In this document: one piece after another, positions 42,129-56,022 of the stretch | Numbering within the stretch: position 1 is the first letter of the stretch | Layout of the letters: each line of letters starts with the position of its first letter | Assembly (NCBI GenBank): GCA_002269645.1 | Contig: NIVC01000510.1 | Coordinates: 29,878-93,877 of the forward strand | Direction of reading: 5' to 3' | DNA length: 64,000 nucleotides | Origin: Macrostomum lignano | Taxonomy: Eukaryota | Notes under the pieces: generated by a model | Database searches by the model: none | Told to the model about the DNA's origin: nothing | What the model saw: only the letters and a program-made list of their open reading frames with translations | Translations under genes and position numbers: made by a program

Positions 42129-45100
42129 ATGAGTCACGTGATGCTCTCGTACCAGTGGGACAAGCAGGCCCTTGTCAAGAAAGTTTACGAAGCCCTCCAG
42201 TCTCAGGGAATCGCCGTGTGGATGGACATCCATGGTGGAATGAGCGGCAACATCAATGACAGGTATATATATAGCTTAAAAGGCAGCTTTAATTTTAAAT
42301 ATACTCTAATAAGCTACTTACAGTAGGAGAAGTAGTATAGTACTGGCATAAAGTAGAAGTATGAGTAGTAGAGCCAAAGCTGTGCATGGAAGAATTTGCA
42401 TATAAATACAAGGCAACATGATCTAACAATTAAAAATTAAATTAAGGCACTCCAGTTATAATTTAATCCAACGGCACTCCCCTAAACTGAAATGGCATTC
42501 CCCAAAACTGAAATGGCACTCTCCTCAAAACTGAAATGGCACTCTCCCCAACACTGACATGACACTCCCTAAAACTGAAATGGCACTCCCCTGAACTAAA
42601 ATGGCACTCCCCTAAACTGAAATGGCACTCTCCTAAACTGAAATGGCACTCCCCTAAACTGAACTGGCACTCCCCTAAACTGAACTGGCACTCCCCTAAA
42701 CTGAACTGGCACTCCCCTAAACTGAACTGGCACTCCCCTAAACTGAAATGGCACTCTCCTAAACTGAAATGGCACTCCCCTAAACTGAACTGGCACTCTC
42801 CTAAACTGAAATGGCACTCCCCTAAACTGAAATGGCACTCCCCTAAACTGAACTGGCACTCCCCTAAACTGAACTGGCACTCTCCTAAACTGAAATGGCA
42901 CTCTCCTAAACTGAACTGGCACTCCCCTAAACTGAACTGGCACTCCCCTAAACTGAAATGGCACTCCCCTAAACTGAAATGGCACTCTCCTAAACTGAAA
43001 TGGCACTCCCCTAAACTGAAATGGCACTCTCCTAAACTGAAATGGCACTCCCCTAAACTGAAATGGTACTCCCCTAAACTGAACTGGCACTCCCCTAAAC
43101 TGAACTGGCACTCCCCTAAACTGAAATGGCACTCTCCTAAACTGAACTGGCACTCCCCTAAACTGAAATGGCACTCTCCTAAACTGAAATGGCACTCCCC
43201 TAAACTGAACTGGCACTCCCCTAAACTGAAATGGCACTCTCCTAAACTGAAATGGCACTCTCCTAAACTGAACTGGCACTCCCCTAAACTGAACTGGCAC
43301 TCCCCTAAACTGAACTGGCACTCCCCTAAACTGAAATGGCACTCTCCTAAACTGAAATGGCACTCCCCTAAACTGAACTGGCACTCCCCTAAACTGAAAT
43401 GGCACTCTCCTAAACTGAAATGGCACTCCCCTAAACTGAACTGGCACTCCCCTAAACTGAACTGGCACTCCCCTAAACTGAACTGGCACACTCCCCTAAA
43501 CTGAACTGGCACTCCCCTAAACTGAACTGGCACTCTCCCCAAAACAACCACAGCATGGCCGCAGGCGTAGACAACGCAGCGGTGGTATGCCCGTTCATCA
43601 CTGCCAAGTACCAGGAGTCCAAAAACTGCAAGAAGGAGCTCAACTATGCCGACGCTCGCGACGTCCCAATCGTGCCGGCCATGGCCGAGCTGAAGTTCAA
43701 GGCCACCGGCTGGTTGGGCATCATCACGGCCGGACTGCTCTGGATGGACTTCCGACGTGATGAGGCCTTCGACAACAGCATTGTGTCGCTTACTAAAGAA
43801 ATCATCCACGCTGCCGGAGACAAACTCAAAATTGGCCAGGCCAGTCCATCCCAGCCTCCGGCGCTCAAGGTGGATCTGAAGAAGAAACCCGGCCGAGCTT
43901 TCAGGCACAGCCAGTTGGGAAAATTTCTGGCCGAATCGGGTGAGTCAGAGTTAGGGGTGTTAATATTGTTGTAGCATTTATTCAATTAGTTTATAGGCCT
44001 CGCTTTCAACTTGGCGCTAGTGCTTCATCGAATTCGCTGGCCCTAATGTCCGAATTAGTATCTCTAACTGGCGTCAATTGAACCCTGATTGGAGTCTCTA
44101 GCACCCTAATTGGCATGCCCTAATGCCCTAATTGACAAACCTTAATACCCTAATTGGCAAACTTAAATTGTCCTTTGTTTGCAATCCCTAATACCCTAAT
44201 ACCCTAATCGGCAACCCTAACTCCCTAATCGGTTCAAGTTTATGTTCATGTACATGTAAATGACATGATAACGCGCTCGAAGGCATTCCAGATCGTCGGT
44301 ACATTAAAAAGCTACCAAAGAAATGATGACATTTGCACAGCCTTGCATATCAATAAGACGCAAACACCTCTATCATTCCCCCATGCGCAGGCGAGGTGAA
44401 GCACCACCAGGCTAGCGGCAGCCGGAGCACCCTGGTGCTGCGAGACACGCCCGAGGACACCAGCTACTGGGAGGAGAGCAAGCTGGAGCCCAAGTCTGAG
44501 ATCCACTACTTCCGCAACTACCAAACTAAGCAGTACCTCGGTGAGTGAGGCTGAATATGACTCTGCATCACAGTCCCAATCATTATGCGCTCTGATAATC
44601 ATTATCTCCCTCACTCTGATAATCATTATCTCCCTCACTCTGATAATCATTATCTCCCTCACTCTGATAATCATTATCTCCCTCACTCTGATAATCAATA
44701 TCTCCCTCACTCTGATAATCATTATCTCCCTCACTCTGATAATCATTATCTCCCCCACTCTGATAATCAATATCTCCCTCACTCTGATAATCATTATCTC
44801 CCTCACTCTGATAATCAATATCTCCCTCACTCTGATAATCATTATCTCCCTCACTCTGATAATCATTATCTCCCTCACTCTGATAATCATTATCTCCCTC
44901 ACTCTGATAATCATTATCTCCCTCACTCTGATAATCATTATCTCCCTCACTCTGATAATCATTATCTCCCCCACTCTGATAATCAATATCTCCCTCACTC
45001 TGATAATCATTATCTCCCTCACTCTGATAATCATTATCTCCCTCACTCTGATAATCATTATCTCCCTCACTCTGATAATCATTATCTCCCTCACTCTGAT

Positions 45101-45686
45101 AATAATTATCTCCCCATTTTGATAATCATTATCTCCCTCACTCTGATAATCATTATCTCCCTCACTCTGATAATCATTATCTCCCTCACTCTGATAATCA
45201 TTATCTCCCTCACTCTGATAATCATTATCTCCCTCACTCTGATAATCAATATCTCCCTCACTCTGATAATCATTATCTCCCTCACTCTGATAATCATTAT
45301 CTCCCTCACTCTGATAATCATTATCTCCCTCACTCTGATAATCATTATCTCCCTCACTCTGATAATCATTATCTCCCCCACTCTGATAATCATTATCTCC
45401 CTCACTCTGATAATCATTATCTCCCTCACTCTGATAATCAATATCTCCCTCACTCTGATAATCATTATCTCCCCCAGGCTACGACCCGAACGGTGACTAC
45501 ATCTACACGAAGGGCCAGCATTACGGCGCCGAAGAGTGGCTGCTGATCTCGGACGAGGAGTCCACGGACGGCCGCAGGGCGGTGGTGATTTTTGCCAAGT
45601 TCGGCCAGCGCTACCTGGCTATTAGAAATGGCAAGCTGACCGGCGTGGCCAACAAAGGGCCCGACTGCGTTTGGTACCTGGATTAA
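42129..45686 (+). CDS. TIR_2-type domain protein with C-terminal beta-trefoil-like (fascin/ricin-B) domain, 292 aa
   Basis: Exons 42129-42262, 43554-43939, 44391-44540, 45478-45686; phase-consistent (879 nt). TIR motifs: HVMLSYQW, GIAVWMD, ITAKYQESKNCKKELNYA, GWLGII..GLLWMDF. Confidence 0.85.
42475..43540. repeat. 21-bp minisatellite (CCCTAAACTGAAATGGCACTC)
   Basis: Fills most of TIR gene intron 1. Confidence 0.95.
44580..45475. repeat. 24-bp minisatellite (TCTGATAATCATTATCTCCCTCAC)
   Basis: Fills TIR gene intron 3 right up to the acceptor. Confidence 0.95.
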
Positions 45687-47099
45687 CATGGCTTTGATTA
45701 TTAGCTACAGAATAGTAATGCTAGTAGCTATTAAGGACAGGAAAGGACAAATGTCATTATTTGTTAAATCTTCGTTTGACTTTTTAGATTTTTCTCTTGT
45801 CAATTGGAACCTTTTCTCATTTTTAAAACATATTTAATTTTTCTATCTGTTACTTCATATAGCACAAAATATTACACCAATATGTCATCAACTACTTATT
45901 AGCTTTTAAATAAGTAGTTTAGACGCAAGTTAACTAAAACAGCTTATACGCGACATAGTCTTATATTTTCCAATTTACTGACTTTCTAGATGTTTTTTGA
46001 TGTTCTCTTAATACCGTATATTATTATACCGTCATGCAGGGACTACTTTAAGTAGAATGATGGAAAACTACGCTTCTTGAAAATTTTTAGGAGACAGATT
46101 TTACTGAAAAAATGCATTACGGAGATAGGGTTTCATTTTTCAGACAGCTAAGAAATGATTCTCCAAGAATTTTCTAAACATTTCCAAGAAACGCAGTTCC
46201 CATCCTACTTTAAGTAGTCCTTGCCTGCCTTCATGCTTATATTAATGCACTTTTTGCCACTTATTTGGCATTTCACATCATTTTATTAACCACGGCGCAT
46301 ATATTGCAACTATTTCAATGTATCGACAAGATTCTTTCAGACTAATAACTCTGTTTGAAAAATAAATCATCTTTTGTGCATTCCTTAGTTTTATTTATAC
46401 ACAAATTTTGCACACGCCTCTAAAAACTTCATCTCTATATTAGACAATTTGATGAAGAAATTGAGTTTTGCGTTATAAAATTATTTAATCATGTTTTAGC
46501 AAAAGTTTATTCCGATTATTAAATTTATTTATTAAATATTAGCATAGTTATTGTAGTTTTTAGAGAGCAATTGCGAAACAACGAATAAATACAAACGTAT
46601 TACACATGTAATAAATATAGTACTTATAGGCGACTGCATTGAATATAACAAACAAACAAATATATCATGCAGCAAACACATCATAAAAAGCTGCTTAAAA
46701 GGCAAAATAATAATCATGCATCCGGTTTGCTATCGATCAGACGGAACTACTGAGGCACCTAACTATAGCAAACATATAATATTTGATTTTTGTAGCAGTT
46801 CATGCTACTGACAATAATATAGAGGTTTTAAGCACACCAACATGTATAGTAGTAGTACTAATATACAACAGCTTATAAATAGCATCAAGAAATTCTTTTC
46901 TTTAAATGACAAAACATTTCACTAGAAAGTTAAAAAAATTGACGGTGAAATTAGTACAATTTTTTAGCTCGTAAAAAATCTATTTACAAAAATTTAATAT
47001 GCTATGCTTTAGCATAAACACAATATCGTCACTAAATGATACGCCTAAACAGTGTATCAGGGTTGTTATTAATAAAATTTTCAATGTTATGCAAGAGCC

Positions 47100-47330
47100 T
47101 TTCTACAGTGTACATTATAAGGGCAGGGGTTTTCCACAGTGTACACTAGGGGTAGGAGTTCTCCTGAGTGTACATTATGGGGGACAGGGGTTTTCCAGAG
47201 TGTACACTAGGGGTAGAATTTCTACTGAGTGTACATTATGGGGGACAGGGGTTTTCCAGAGTGTTCACTAGGGGTAGATGTTCTTCTGAGTGTACATTAT
47301 AGAGACAGGAGTTTCTAGGGTGAACAGTAG
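47100..47330. repeat. About 61-bp tandem repeat
   Basis: GAGTGTACATTAT recurs near 47166, 47227 and 47288. Confidence 0.75.
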
Positions 47331-47689
47331 GGTTGGATGTTGCATAAAATAGACAGAAGAGCCTATACTGCATGGCACTTAAAATGTGAAAAACTAAGAA
47401 AATGTTGCGAACGCAATCATGCAACATAATTAAGCTAGTGAAAAAGCAAGCACATTGAAAAATCCGTTTTTACTGTATGGCAAATAAAGTACATAAGGTA
47501 CTACTGATGCTAGTAAGACATGCAGCGGAAAGCAACGCTAAGCGGGTACAAATGGAAGCCGCTTGTCCAAGTAAAGCTGACAACAAAAAGTTGTTGACAA
47601 TAACAAGCTTAAAAAGCAGCATGGACTTTAACCATAAACACTCGACAGAGCGACAGTCAAACTTAAAAGTTAAGCATCTTTAAAATCAT

Positions 47690-48115
47690 CTCACCCCTAG
47701 AAAATATCTAAACTTCAAAATCTCACCCTAGTAGATAAACAAACTTCAAAATCTCACCCCAGTAGATCGATATCTGAACTTCAAGATCTTACCCTTAGTA
47801 GATAGCTAAACTTTAAGATCTTACCTTTAGTAGATAGCTAAACTTCAAAATCTCACCCTAGTGGATAATTAAACTTTAAAATCTCACCCCCAGTAGATCA
47901 ATATCTAAACTTCAAAATCTCACCCCAGTAGATCGATATCTAAACTTCAAAATCTCACCCCTAGTAGATCGATATCTAAACTTAAAAATCTCACCCCTAG
48001 TAGATAGCTAAACTTAAAAATCTCACCCCTAGTAGATTGCTAAACTTCAAAATCTCACCCTAAGTAGATTGCTAAACTTCAAAATCTCACCCTAAGTAGA
48101 TTGCTAAACTTCAAA
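47690..48115. repeat. About 30-bp minisatellite (AAACTTCAAAATCTCACCCTAGTAGAT...)
   Basis: Directly visible just downstream of the integrin gene. Confidence 0.85.
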
Positions 48116-48190
48116 GTAAACTTAGAGCATAAACTTGTGTAAAAGACGCAGAAACATCGCAGTTTCATATTTAACAATTAAAAAAGCCGA

Positions 48191-51100
48191 TCAAAAGTCG
48201 TTCTTGCCGGCAAACACGGGATTAGTGACGGTGGTGTTGGGATCTCGATAGACCGGATTCTCCCCGGCGCCCCAGGCGGAGTTCTGAGTCTGACTCTTGA
48301 ATTTGGCGAACTCTCGCCGGTCGGATATCGTGATCAGAGCCTTCCAAATCAGCAGGATGATGATGCCGACAATTACCACGGCGGCTACTACGATGAGTAC
48401 GAGAATGAGCGGAGACACCGGTCGCGGCACTGCTTCTCCTCCTGGATGAACAGCGTCATGTTGCGAATAGACCTGCTGCCAATGCTGCCGTCCCCGATGA
48501 TGTAGCCGTACAAGAGGCTGCACTCGTTGGCCATGTTCAGCACGCAGGTGCTCTTGTCGTTGATCACCTCGCTTTGGGGAGTCAACTGGATCCTAATTAG
48601 GGATGAGCAGGCATGAGGCTGTTAATATTAGCTTCTAATCTCACCAATATTTTCTCTAGTCTCACAACTTTTCTCTAGTCTCCAATCTCTCCTCACATCT
48701 TCTATCATAACACACTTGATGTACTTTAGTCTTGACCAAGATATGATATAATCACATCTAGTTTCTCTTTTATCTGATTTAGATAATCTCTAATCTCATC
48801 TACTCGTAGATACTCTCTAATATCATTTTCTAGATTTTCTCTAATCTCATTTCCTAGATCCTAGACTCTAATCTTAGATTCTCTCCAATCTTATCTCTTA
48901 GATTCTCTCTAATCCCATTTTCTAGATTATCTCTAATCTCATTTCCTGGATTCTCTCTAACCTTATCTCCTAGATTTTCTCTAATCTCCTTTTCTAGATT
49001 TTCTCTAATCTCATTTTCTAAATTATCTCTAATATCATTTCCTGGATTCTCTCTAAATCTTATCTCCTAGATTTTCTCTAATCTCATTTCTTGATTCTCC
49101 CTCATCTTATCTCTTAGATTCTCTCAAATCTTATTTCCTAAATTCTCTAGTCTCATCTCCTAGTCTCTCTAATCTTATAGATTGTCTAATCTAATCCGAT
49201 ACCATTCTCAAAAATATTTCTACTAATCCAATCCCAATCCCTGTCATCTCATCTGCTAGATTCTCTCTAATCTCATATTTTAGATTCCGCACTAATTTTT
49301 CAAAAAGCTTAGAACGAACAGACGCCGGAGACACCCACTTGCTAGCGTCAATCCAGACGCCCTCCTCAACCAGGCTGCAGTTGCACTGGGTCTGCCGGTC
49401 CTCGGGCGCCAGTTTCCGATTATTGAACACGCACTCAACGCATCGGCGGAGGCCTTCGTCGTTGCACAGGCTGCCAGTTGATCCAGCCTTGGTGTCGCAG
49501 TGCGGATCAGACGACCACAGGGCTTCGCAGACGCATCGGCCGCAGATGCAGGTGCCGTGATTTGAGCACTGCATATCTTTGTATTGCTCTTTCTTAGAAT
49601 GACAGTCCGGTTTGAGCTTGTTAGCGTCTGAGCATGAGCAGTCTTTCTCAGAGTAGCCAGGCTTGCAAATGCACGTCCTTTTGCCGTCGCATTCGCCTCG
49701 ACTGGGCCCGCCGCAGGGCTCCTTGGTGTCCCAGGAGTCCGGGCAGGACAGCTTGTCCAGCTCGCACAGTTTGCCATAGTAGTTGTCCTTGTAGCACACG
49801 CACTTGTTGCACACGCACCGGCCGTTCTTGCTGCAAATATTCGACACGTCGCCGGAGTGGCACTGGTCGACCTGGGACCCGGTCTGGGCGTCGCATTGGC
49901 ACGAGTCGCCGCTGTAGTTGCCATGGCAACTGCATACTCCGCACTCCAGGTGGCTGGGTTGGAAAGAAAAAACATTGATAATTCATTTTAAGATTTACCG
50001 AGTTTAGGGGTCGGCCAACTTCGGCCACATGCGGGCTACCAAGCCTCTCTATCTTGCTCTCCATCAATCCGGCCTGCTCAAGGTTTGCGACTCTTCTCAG
50101 CTCCTTTCTCTCTAATCTACTCTTTAATCTTCTGTCTCTTCTCTCTCTCTCTCTCTCTCTCCTCTTCTCTCCTCTCCTCTCCTCTCCCTCTCTCCGCTCC
50201 CTTCTCTTCTCCCTCTCTCCGCTCCCTTCTCTTCTCCCTCTCTCTTCTCCCTCTCTCCGCTCCCTTCTCTTTACCCACTCTTTATCTCCCTTCTCTTCTC
50301 CCTCTCTCCTCTCCCTTCTCTTCTCCCTCTCTCTTCTCCCTCTCTCCGCTCCCTTCTCTTCTCCCTCTCTCTTCTCCCTCTCTCCGCTCCCTTCTCTTTT
50401 CCCACTCTTTATCTCCCTTCTCTTCTCCCTCTCTCATCTCCCTTCTCTTCTCCCTCTCTCTTCTCCCTCTCTCCTCTCCCTTCTCTTCTCCCTCTCTCTT
50501 CTCCCTCTCTCCGCTCCCTTCTCTTCTCCCTCTCTCTTCTCCCTCTCTCCGCTCCCTTCTCTTCTCCCTCTCTCTTCTCCCTCTCTCCTCTCCCTTCTCT
50601 TCTCCCTCTCTCTTCTCCCTCTCTCCGCTCCCTTCTCTTCTCCCTCTCTCTTCTCCCTCTCTCCGCTCCCTTCTCTTCTCCCTCTCTCTTCTCCCTCTCT
50701 CCTCTCCCTTCTCTTCTCCCTCTCTCTTCTCCCTCTCTCCGCTCCCTTCTCTTCTCCCTCTCTCTTCTCCCTCTCTCCGCTCCCTTCTCTTTTCCCACTC
50801 TTTATCTCCCTTCTCTTCTCCCTCTCTCATCTCCCTTCTCTTCTCCCTCTCTCATCTCCCTTCTCTTCTCCCTCTCTCACCTCCCTTCTCTTGTAAGGTC
50901 ATCCAAAAAGTGCTAGCGACTCCGAGAATTACGTACAGCCGAGTACAGCGCTGGCTAACTAAAGCTCTGCGGGATGACGCAATCAAAACAGTAGAACTCA
51001 CCCGACATTCTGACACTTCGGCACCTTCTGCAGAGGATTAGCTTTGGCCTCGCACTCCGGACAATTGCACAGCGATTTAATTCGAACTTCCATTCGATCG

Positions 51101-54100
51101 TCAGAAGTTGTTGACGCGAAATGTACAATCTCTTCTGGCCGGGGCAGGCACTTGGTGAGGGTGACGGTGGCCCTGTAGGACACGGTAGCTCCTAGCGGCA
51201 CTCGGTGGCACCTGTTGCCCAATTTGAAATCGGTCTCGCCGGGGCATCGAACCTCGGACGTGATGTTCAACCATAGGCCAGGATCGTTAGCCCGAATCTC
51301 AACAGTCTCAGCAATGGATCGATAATTCTTTTTAATCAATTCCAATACGTTATCGTTAGTGACCAGATCGACTTCAGTCACCACTGGCAGGGCGTGCTTC
51401 AGTTGCATGTACAGAGGCGTGTAGCTGTCAGATTTCAAGGCGAATATTACTGACACCTTGGCGTCGGAGAGCACCTTGGCAACTTGCCCAATTGATGGAT
51501 AGTCAAATCTGAAGTTTTATCAATTAATTATTGTCAGTAAAGTATCGGTAAAGAAACCCCCCCCTGACAATTTTTTGCTGGAGCAACGCAGGCCACGAAA
51601 TTGAAGAACACGGGCCAACTTTTTGTTGCGCACCTTCTCAAACAAGAATCAAGTCGCCAGCCCTCTGGACCAACGAGATATTCGACGATTCTGCCGGAAG
51701 GTCGGATTTTCCCATAAGCGCTAGTGTATTCAGTACACCACTATGCGTCAATCAGCACTGCGTCTCAGTGCAGCCTTGCCAAGTCTCCAAATTTTATCAG
51801 CAACTTGAACACATGTGTCTGCATTAGCACTGACTTCGTTGGTCACTGGCCTTCACCCAGATGGAGCTTCTGGACCTTCAACAGGTGGCACCAGGTGACT
51901 ATGGACACCCTGATACGAATTTCTCTAGTTTCGCCGATCAAGCCTCGACAGTGGAAAACCTCAACTGCTAGGTATCCTCAGCTGGTCTCTCGAGCATTCC
52001 GTCATCACCCGACGCCGTCGGTACTTTCAACAGATGACACCAGGTGACTATGGACATCATTTTGCGAAAATGTCAGATTTTTCTTTTCAAGCTTCAATAA
52101 TAGGCAAGCCTCAACCGCCGGAAATCTTCAGCTAGTATCTCAAGCATTCAGTCTTCACCCGGACGCCGTCATCCCCCCTCTTGGTAGTTCTACTGTTAAC
52201 CATTTTCAAGTAGTTTTTTTCTATAAGTAACCTAAACTAAAGATATACAGGAGTCACAGCAGAAATATCACGACAGGGTGAACTAACCACTAGCTCCTCA
52301 CTCGCTCACTCACTTCTCACTTCCCACTCACTCACTCCTTACTCACTCACTTCTCACTCCTCACTCACTCACTTCTCACTCCTCACTCCTCACTCATTCA
52401 CTTCTCACTCCTCACTCATTAACTTCTCACTCATTCACTTCTCACTCACTCACTTCTCAGTCCTCACTCACTCACTTCTCACTCACTCACTTCTCATTCC
52501 TCACTCACTCACTTCTCACTCACTCACTTCTCATTCCTCACTCACTCACTTCTCACTCCTCACTCACTTCTCACTCCTCACTCACTCACTTCTCACTCAC
52601 TCACTTCTCATTCCTCACTCACTCACTTCTCACTCCTCACTCCTCACTCATTCACTTCTCACTCATTCACTTCTCACTCCTCACTCACTCACTTCTTACT
52701 CCTCACTCACTCACTCCTCACTCATTCACTTCTCACTCCTCACTCATTAACTTCTCACTCATTCACTTCTCACTTCTCACTCACTCACTTCTCACTCCTC
52801 ACTCACTCACTTCTCACTCACTCACTTCTCACTCCTCACTCACTCACTTCTCACTCACTCACTCACTTCTCACTCCTCACTCACTCATTTCTCACTCACT
52901 CACTTCTCATTCCTCACTCACTCACTTCTCACTCACTCACTTCTCACTCCTCACTCACTCACTTCTCACTCACTCACTTCTCACTCACTCACTTCTCACT
53001 CATTCACTTCTCACTCCTCACTCATTCACTTCTCACTCCTCACTCATTCACTTCTCACTCACTCACTTCTCACTCACTCATTCACTTCTCACCCCTCACT
53101 CATTCACTTCTCACTCCTCACTCATTCACTTCTCACTCCTTACTCATTCACTACTTGCTCCTCACTCATTCACTCTCACTCCTCACTCATTCACTACTTG
53201 CTCCTCACTCATTCACTTATCACTCCTCACTCATTCACTCCTCAACTCATTCACACCTCTCACAATCGCTCCTCATTCACTCACGCCTCGCTCAGTTGAG
53301 TATTAACTAACCGTTGCCAAGTTACAAAAAACATCTCTAACGCACCTGGTGGCATTGACGTACTCCAGACTGCCAGTAACATTCAGTTTATTCCTACCCG
53401 TCTCCAGGTGACACTGCGACTCGGGAAACGGTTCGATAATGCCGCCAAACCGGCCGTCGCCAGCCATGTGAAAGCCGCCATCAATAGCCAGCAGGACCAC
53501 TTTGCGAGAATTCGATCGCCAACCAATTTGTGAGCGGCAGATCACCGCCTGCAGTAGGGCGTCTAGGGAGCCTTCGGGGGCGTCCAGGTTGGCCGAGATG
53601 GTCTTGGCCGCTGTGACCTAATGTGGGTATGAAAAGGCACAAATGAAAGTTAAATTAGTCAGACAACGTAGTTTCAAATGAAGGGTACAAATGAAGGTTA
53701 AAGAGTCGGGGAAGGGCAGCACAGGTACAAATGAAGGTTAAAGAGTCGGGCAAAGGTAGCACCGGTACAAATAAGGTTAAAGAGTCGGGCAAAGGTAGCA
53801 CCGGTACAAATAAGGTTAAAGAGTCGGGCAAAGGTAGCACCGGTACAAATAAGGTTAAAGAGTCGGGCAAAGGTAGCACCGGTACAAATAAGGTTAAAGA
53901 GTCGGGCAAAGGTAGCACCGGTACAAATGAAGGTTAAAGAGTCAGAGCGCGTCGTAATTAGGGTAAGTAGAGTACAAATAAAGGTCAAATTATCGAGCGA
54001 CGGTACAAATGAAAGTTAAAAGCCTGGGAGGGTAGCATAGCATTTATATAGCTCATCCAAAGGTAATAACGCTACATATCGGTATATAATAAGGTGAAGA

Positions 54101-56022
54101 TTTACTTCTTTAAGCTCGACGACATTCTGGCTCAAATCCATAGCGTGAATATAGCTGAAGGTGTCGATGCACCGTTCGCCGAAGCCCAAAGAGTCGCAGG
54201 GCGCAGCAGACGGATTCGGCTGCACATAGGGGAACACTGGCTTGTCGACAAAGAATCCGACCCCGATGCGCCAGTTGCGAGTCAGCTCGCCCAGAGTCTG
54301 CTGGATCTTCTCGGACATGTTGGCTACGGACTGTAGGAAGTCTCGCATACTGTGACTCTTGTCGGACAGGATGTACATGTCCACCGGGTAGTTTTCAGCT
54401 TGCTTAAATTCGAATTCCAGTTGGATTGAATGATGAGTTCGGGCCCATACGCTCACGTTTTGAGGCTTGATTTGGTTGCTATCGCTCAGCGGGTTGTCGA
54501 GCATGATCTGGGAATGTGCAGAAGGACAGGGGTGATAAATCTTAATTGGCGAGCTTCTGGTCCTATCTAGAGTTCTGCCGTAGCTATGGAAACGGCTATG
54601 GGAAGTTACGGATATGGTTATGGGAACATAACTGAATGAATATAGCTAGATAAATGCAATCCCCGAGAGATTGTTCTAGTACAATAAATAAGTGAGACTT
54701 TATTTAAGATTATTATTTCGATTATTTATTTACTTTCTCACGATATTATAGTGCATGATGGAAGAACATTTGCTATTGCCATTGATCAGTTGCCTTCTGT
54801 AAGTGGGGCTGTGGGATGCAGTGTGGGGGCTCAGTCAGACATGCTCTGATGATGTACTCCGTGCCTTGGAGCCCCAGATTAATGTGGCTCAGAATCGAAG
54901 ACGGCGACTTTGATGCGAGAGTGCGACGCGACGGGTTGTGACCCACTATATAGGGCTGGGTGTGACCGGATTAAGGAGCCACGTGTGACAGGCTGTGACC
55001 CATTATTAAGGGCCAGGTGTGACAGATTGTGACTCACTAAAGGAGCCAGGAGTGAAAAAGTTGTGACTCACCATGAGGAGCCAGGCGGAATAGTTGTGAT
55101 CCAGGGATCCAGGACCCAGGGTTGAGAGGTTGTGATCAACTTTTAAGGGCCAGGTGTGACCGGGTTGTGATCGACTATTAAGGGCCAGGTGTGACCCACT
55201 ATAAAAAGCTAGATGTGACAGGTTGTGACTCAATAAAGAGCCAGATTTGACAGGTTGTGACCCAATAAGGACCCGGATGTGACAGGTTGTAACCCAATAA
55301 GGAGCCAGATGTGACAGGTTGTGACTCAATAAAGAGCCAGATGTGACAGGTTGTGACCCATCATAAAGAGCCAGATGTGACAGGTTGTGACCCATTATAA
55401 AGAGCCAGATGTGACAGGTTGTGACCCACTATAAATAGCCAGGTGTGACAGGTTGTGACTCAATACGAGCCAGATGTGACAGGTTGTGACCCACTATAAA
55501 TAGCCAGGTGTGACAGGTTGTGACCCACTATAAAGACTAAAGAGCCAGATGTGACAGGTTGTGACTCAATAAGGAGCCAGATGTGACAGGACAGGTTGTG
55601 ACTCAATAAAGAGCCAGATGTGACAGGTTGTGGTCCTATATAGAGCCGGATGTGATTGGGTTGCAAGTCTGCATGAAGACCATTGATCCGTATCCATCTA
55701 TAATTGACCAATAAAGACAGTCTAAGGCTACCAAGATTGAGTAAAAGTACATTTCTTCCCTCACCTCAGCGCGACTAACTGGCGACTCCATGAGAATGCA
55801 GCCGCGGTCCCTAAGCTCGGCCTTAGTGCCGCACCTGTGCTGAGGCCCAATGCGACTGTCATCAAATGATTCGTCTGTGCACCAGGCGCAGGAGCTGTGC
55901 AATTTGATGCAGGCCGAACAGCTGGTTGGCGGAATGCCCACAGAGCAGGGCGAGATGGAGGACACTATAGTGACAGTGGCAGAGCATAGCAGTGCCAGAA
56001 ATAGTGATTTGGGAAGTAGCAT
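48191..56022 (-). CDS. Integrin beta subunit (apparent 1-nt deletion in last exon)
   Basis: Exons 56022-55765, 54507-54106, 53617-53346, 51508-51002, 49953-49339, 48592-48191. Signal peptide; PSI domain (SCSACI..HSSCAWC); YPVDMYILSDKSHSM (MIDAS DxSxS); ISANLDAPEG; DGGFHMAGDG; DYPSIGQ; Cys-rich EGF repeats; TM; tail with NPVY and NPVF. The summed length of 2456 nt is one short of a multiple of 3. Confidence 0.92.
48760..49290. repeat. Degenerate repeat (TTCTCTCTAATCTCATTTCCTAGA)
   Basis: Directly visible. Confidence 0.75.
50120..50890. repeat. CT-rich minisatellite (CTCTTCTCCCTCTCTCCGCTCCCTT-type units)
   Basis: Directly visible. Confidence 0.92.
52295..53280. repeat. (CTCA)-based low-complexity array (CTCACTCACTT/CTCACTC)
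   Basis: Directly visible. Confidence 0.92.
53655..54020. repeat. 30-bp minisatellite (AAGGTTAAAGAGTCGGGCAAAGGTAGCACCGGTACAAAT-type)
   Basis: 10-aa periodic ORFs in three frames; tandem units visible. Period 30 is taken from the ORF periodicity. Confidence 0.85.
54935..55635. repeat. 32-35-bp minisatellite (AAAGAGCCAGATGTGACAGGTTGTGACTCAAT)
   Basis: Directly visible in integrin intron 1. Confidence 0.9.

Noticed and set aside
42463-45496. ORFs 42463-43908, 42596-43489, 44312-45094, 44541-45122 and 44585-45496 with 7-8-aa repeats
   Set aside because: They are products of 21- and 24-bp intronic minisatellites; the real gene splices across them.
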